Of a DNA stretch of 64,000 nt, positions 63,465 through 64,000 are shown piece by piece. The position numbers were made by a program, and so were the translations under genes. This DNA is from a virus, in IMG/VR virus record IMGVR_UViG_3300032240_002045, positions 1-64,000 of that record; one strand, written 5' to 3'. The notes under the pieces were generated by a model. It made no database searches and was not told the origin of the DNA. It was given only the letters and a program-made list of their open reading frames with translations. Each line of letters begins with the position of its first letter. Positions within the stretch are counted from its first letter, which is position 1.

Positions 63465-63999
63465 ACAAATCTGTCAAACTAAGCGGAAGATTAATATCTT
63501 CACCGCATGCCTGACAAGCTTTCTTCACCTCCCCGAGGCGTGGTCCCGGGTTACGTTTAATAATTTCGTCAAGAATTTTAGTTCGGTCAGCCATACCTAA
63601 ACTAAGAGCTGTAGTTGCTCCAGAAGATGGTCGATCGTCAATTCCTGTAATACATCCAGCTAACAAAATGGTGTTAATTTCCGCCACAGTTTTATCTGTG
63701 TTATCAACCAACTTTTTTTGAACTATACCGTTTGGAAGAATTACAGAAACAGCCCCGCTTTTAGTTAACACTTTAAAGCTTCTGTCTGCAATTGGGTCTT
63801 CTAATGTTTGTGTTGGAACGTCTTCTACAAGGTCAATTTCTGCAGTTTGAGGTTGGTTACAATTTGGACATTGAATATTAAGAGAAAGAGTTTCCCCAAA
63901 AGTTGCTCTGCGAATACCGATTAAAATTGCGTCTCGATCACCCGAAAGCAAACTATCAATGTACTCTTTAGTAACTTCTTCATTTCCAAGTTTTACAAG
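63454..63999 (-). CDS. Tail assembly chaperone / T4 gp26-like protein (5' truncated)
   Basis: GDRDAIL..IR..TFG, CPNC, LP.G..Q, PGP.......C.AC. Confidence 0.8.
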   Translation of the reverse strand, partial: LVKLGNEEVTKEYIDSLLSGDRDAILIGIRRATFGETLSLNIQCPNCNQPQTAEIDLVEDVPTQTLEDPIADRSFKVLTKSGAVSVILPNGIVQKKLVDNTDKTVAEINTILLAGCITGIDDRPSSGATTALSLGMADRTKILDEIIKRNPGPRLGEVKKACQACGEDINLPLSLTDLFRL

Positions 64000-64000
64000 C

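Noticed and set aside
1-64000. Stop-codon reassignment or a diversity-generating retroelement
   Set aside because: Genes are intact in code 11 with all three stops used; no reverse transcriptase or adenine-specific repeat pair was seen

Overview
A 64 kb segment of a large contractile-tailed (myovirus-like) phage that most likely infects Actinobacteria. The host inference rests on two WhiB genes, many leaderless TANNNT-N6-ATG genes, and WhiA-type GACAC and PafBC/RecA-NDp-type promoter motifs; the moderate GC would fit a freshwater low-GC host. Layout: (1) 256-15256, minus strand: virion accessory and fibre genes, a prolyl-hydroxylase/DUF6065/GT60 cluster next to a PGF-repeat FN3 protein, the lysis cassette and many small basic proteins. 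(2) 15574-24850, plus strand: an HNH gene followed by five early-type gene cassettes (ArdC, DUF4192, YubB-like, micro-ORFs) separated by a conserved ~55 bp element, terminators, host-factor operators and structured RNAs. (3) 24988-53269, minus strand: class II RNR, a TGT-like/HAD-like/nucleotidyltransferase trio, small disordered proteins, a phosphoesterase, tRNA-Asn, Hsp20, SpoVS and the replication/recombination module (RuvC, Cas4-like nuclease, WhiB, RecA, PolA, SSB, SNF2, dNMP kinase, primase, DnaB, DnaC-like loader). (4) 53282-64000, minus strand: baseplate, tape measure and a tail chaperone with a probable +1 frameshift. Best candidates for undescribed systems are a phage-encoded hydroxyproline O-GlcNAc pathway with an adjacent repeat substrate, and the modular early-cassette array with a constant spacer, a variable operator slot and 3' trailers complementary to the 5' ribosome-binding leaders. 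All family calls come from motif recognition by eye; no database searches were run.
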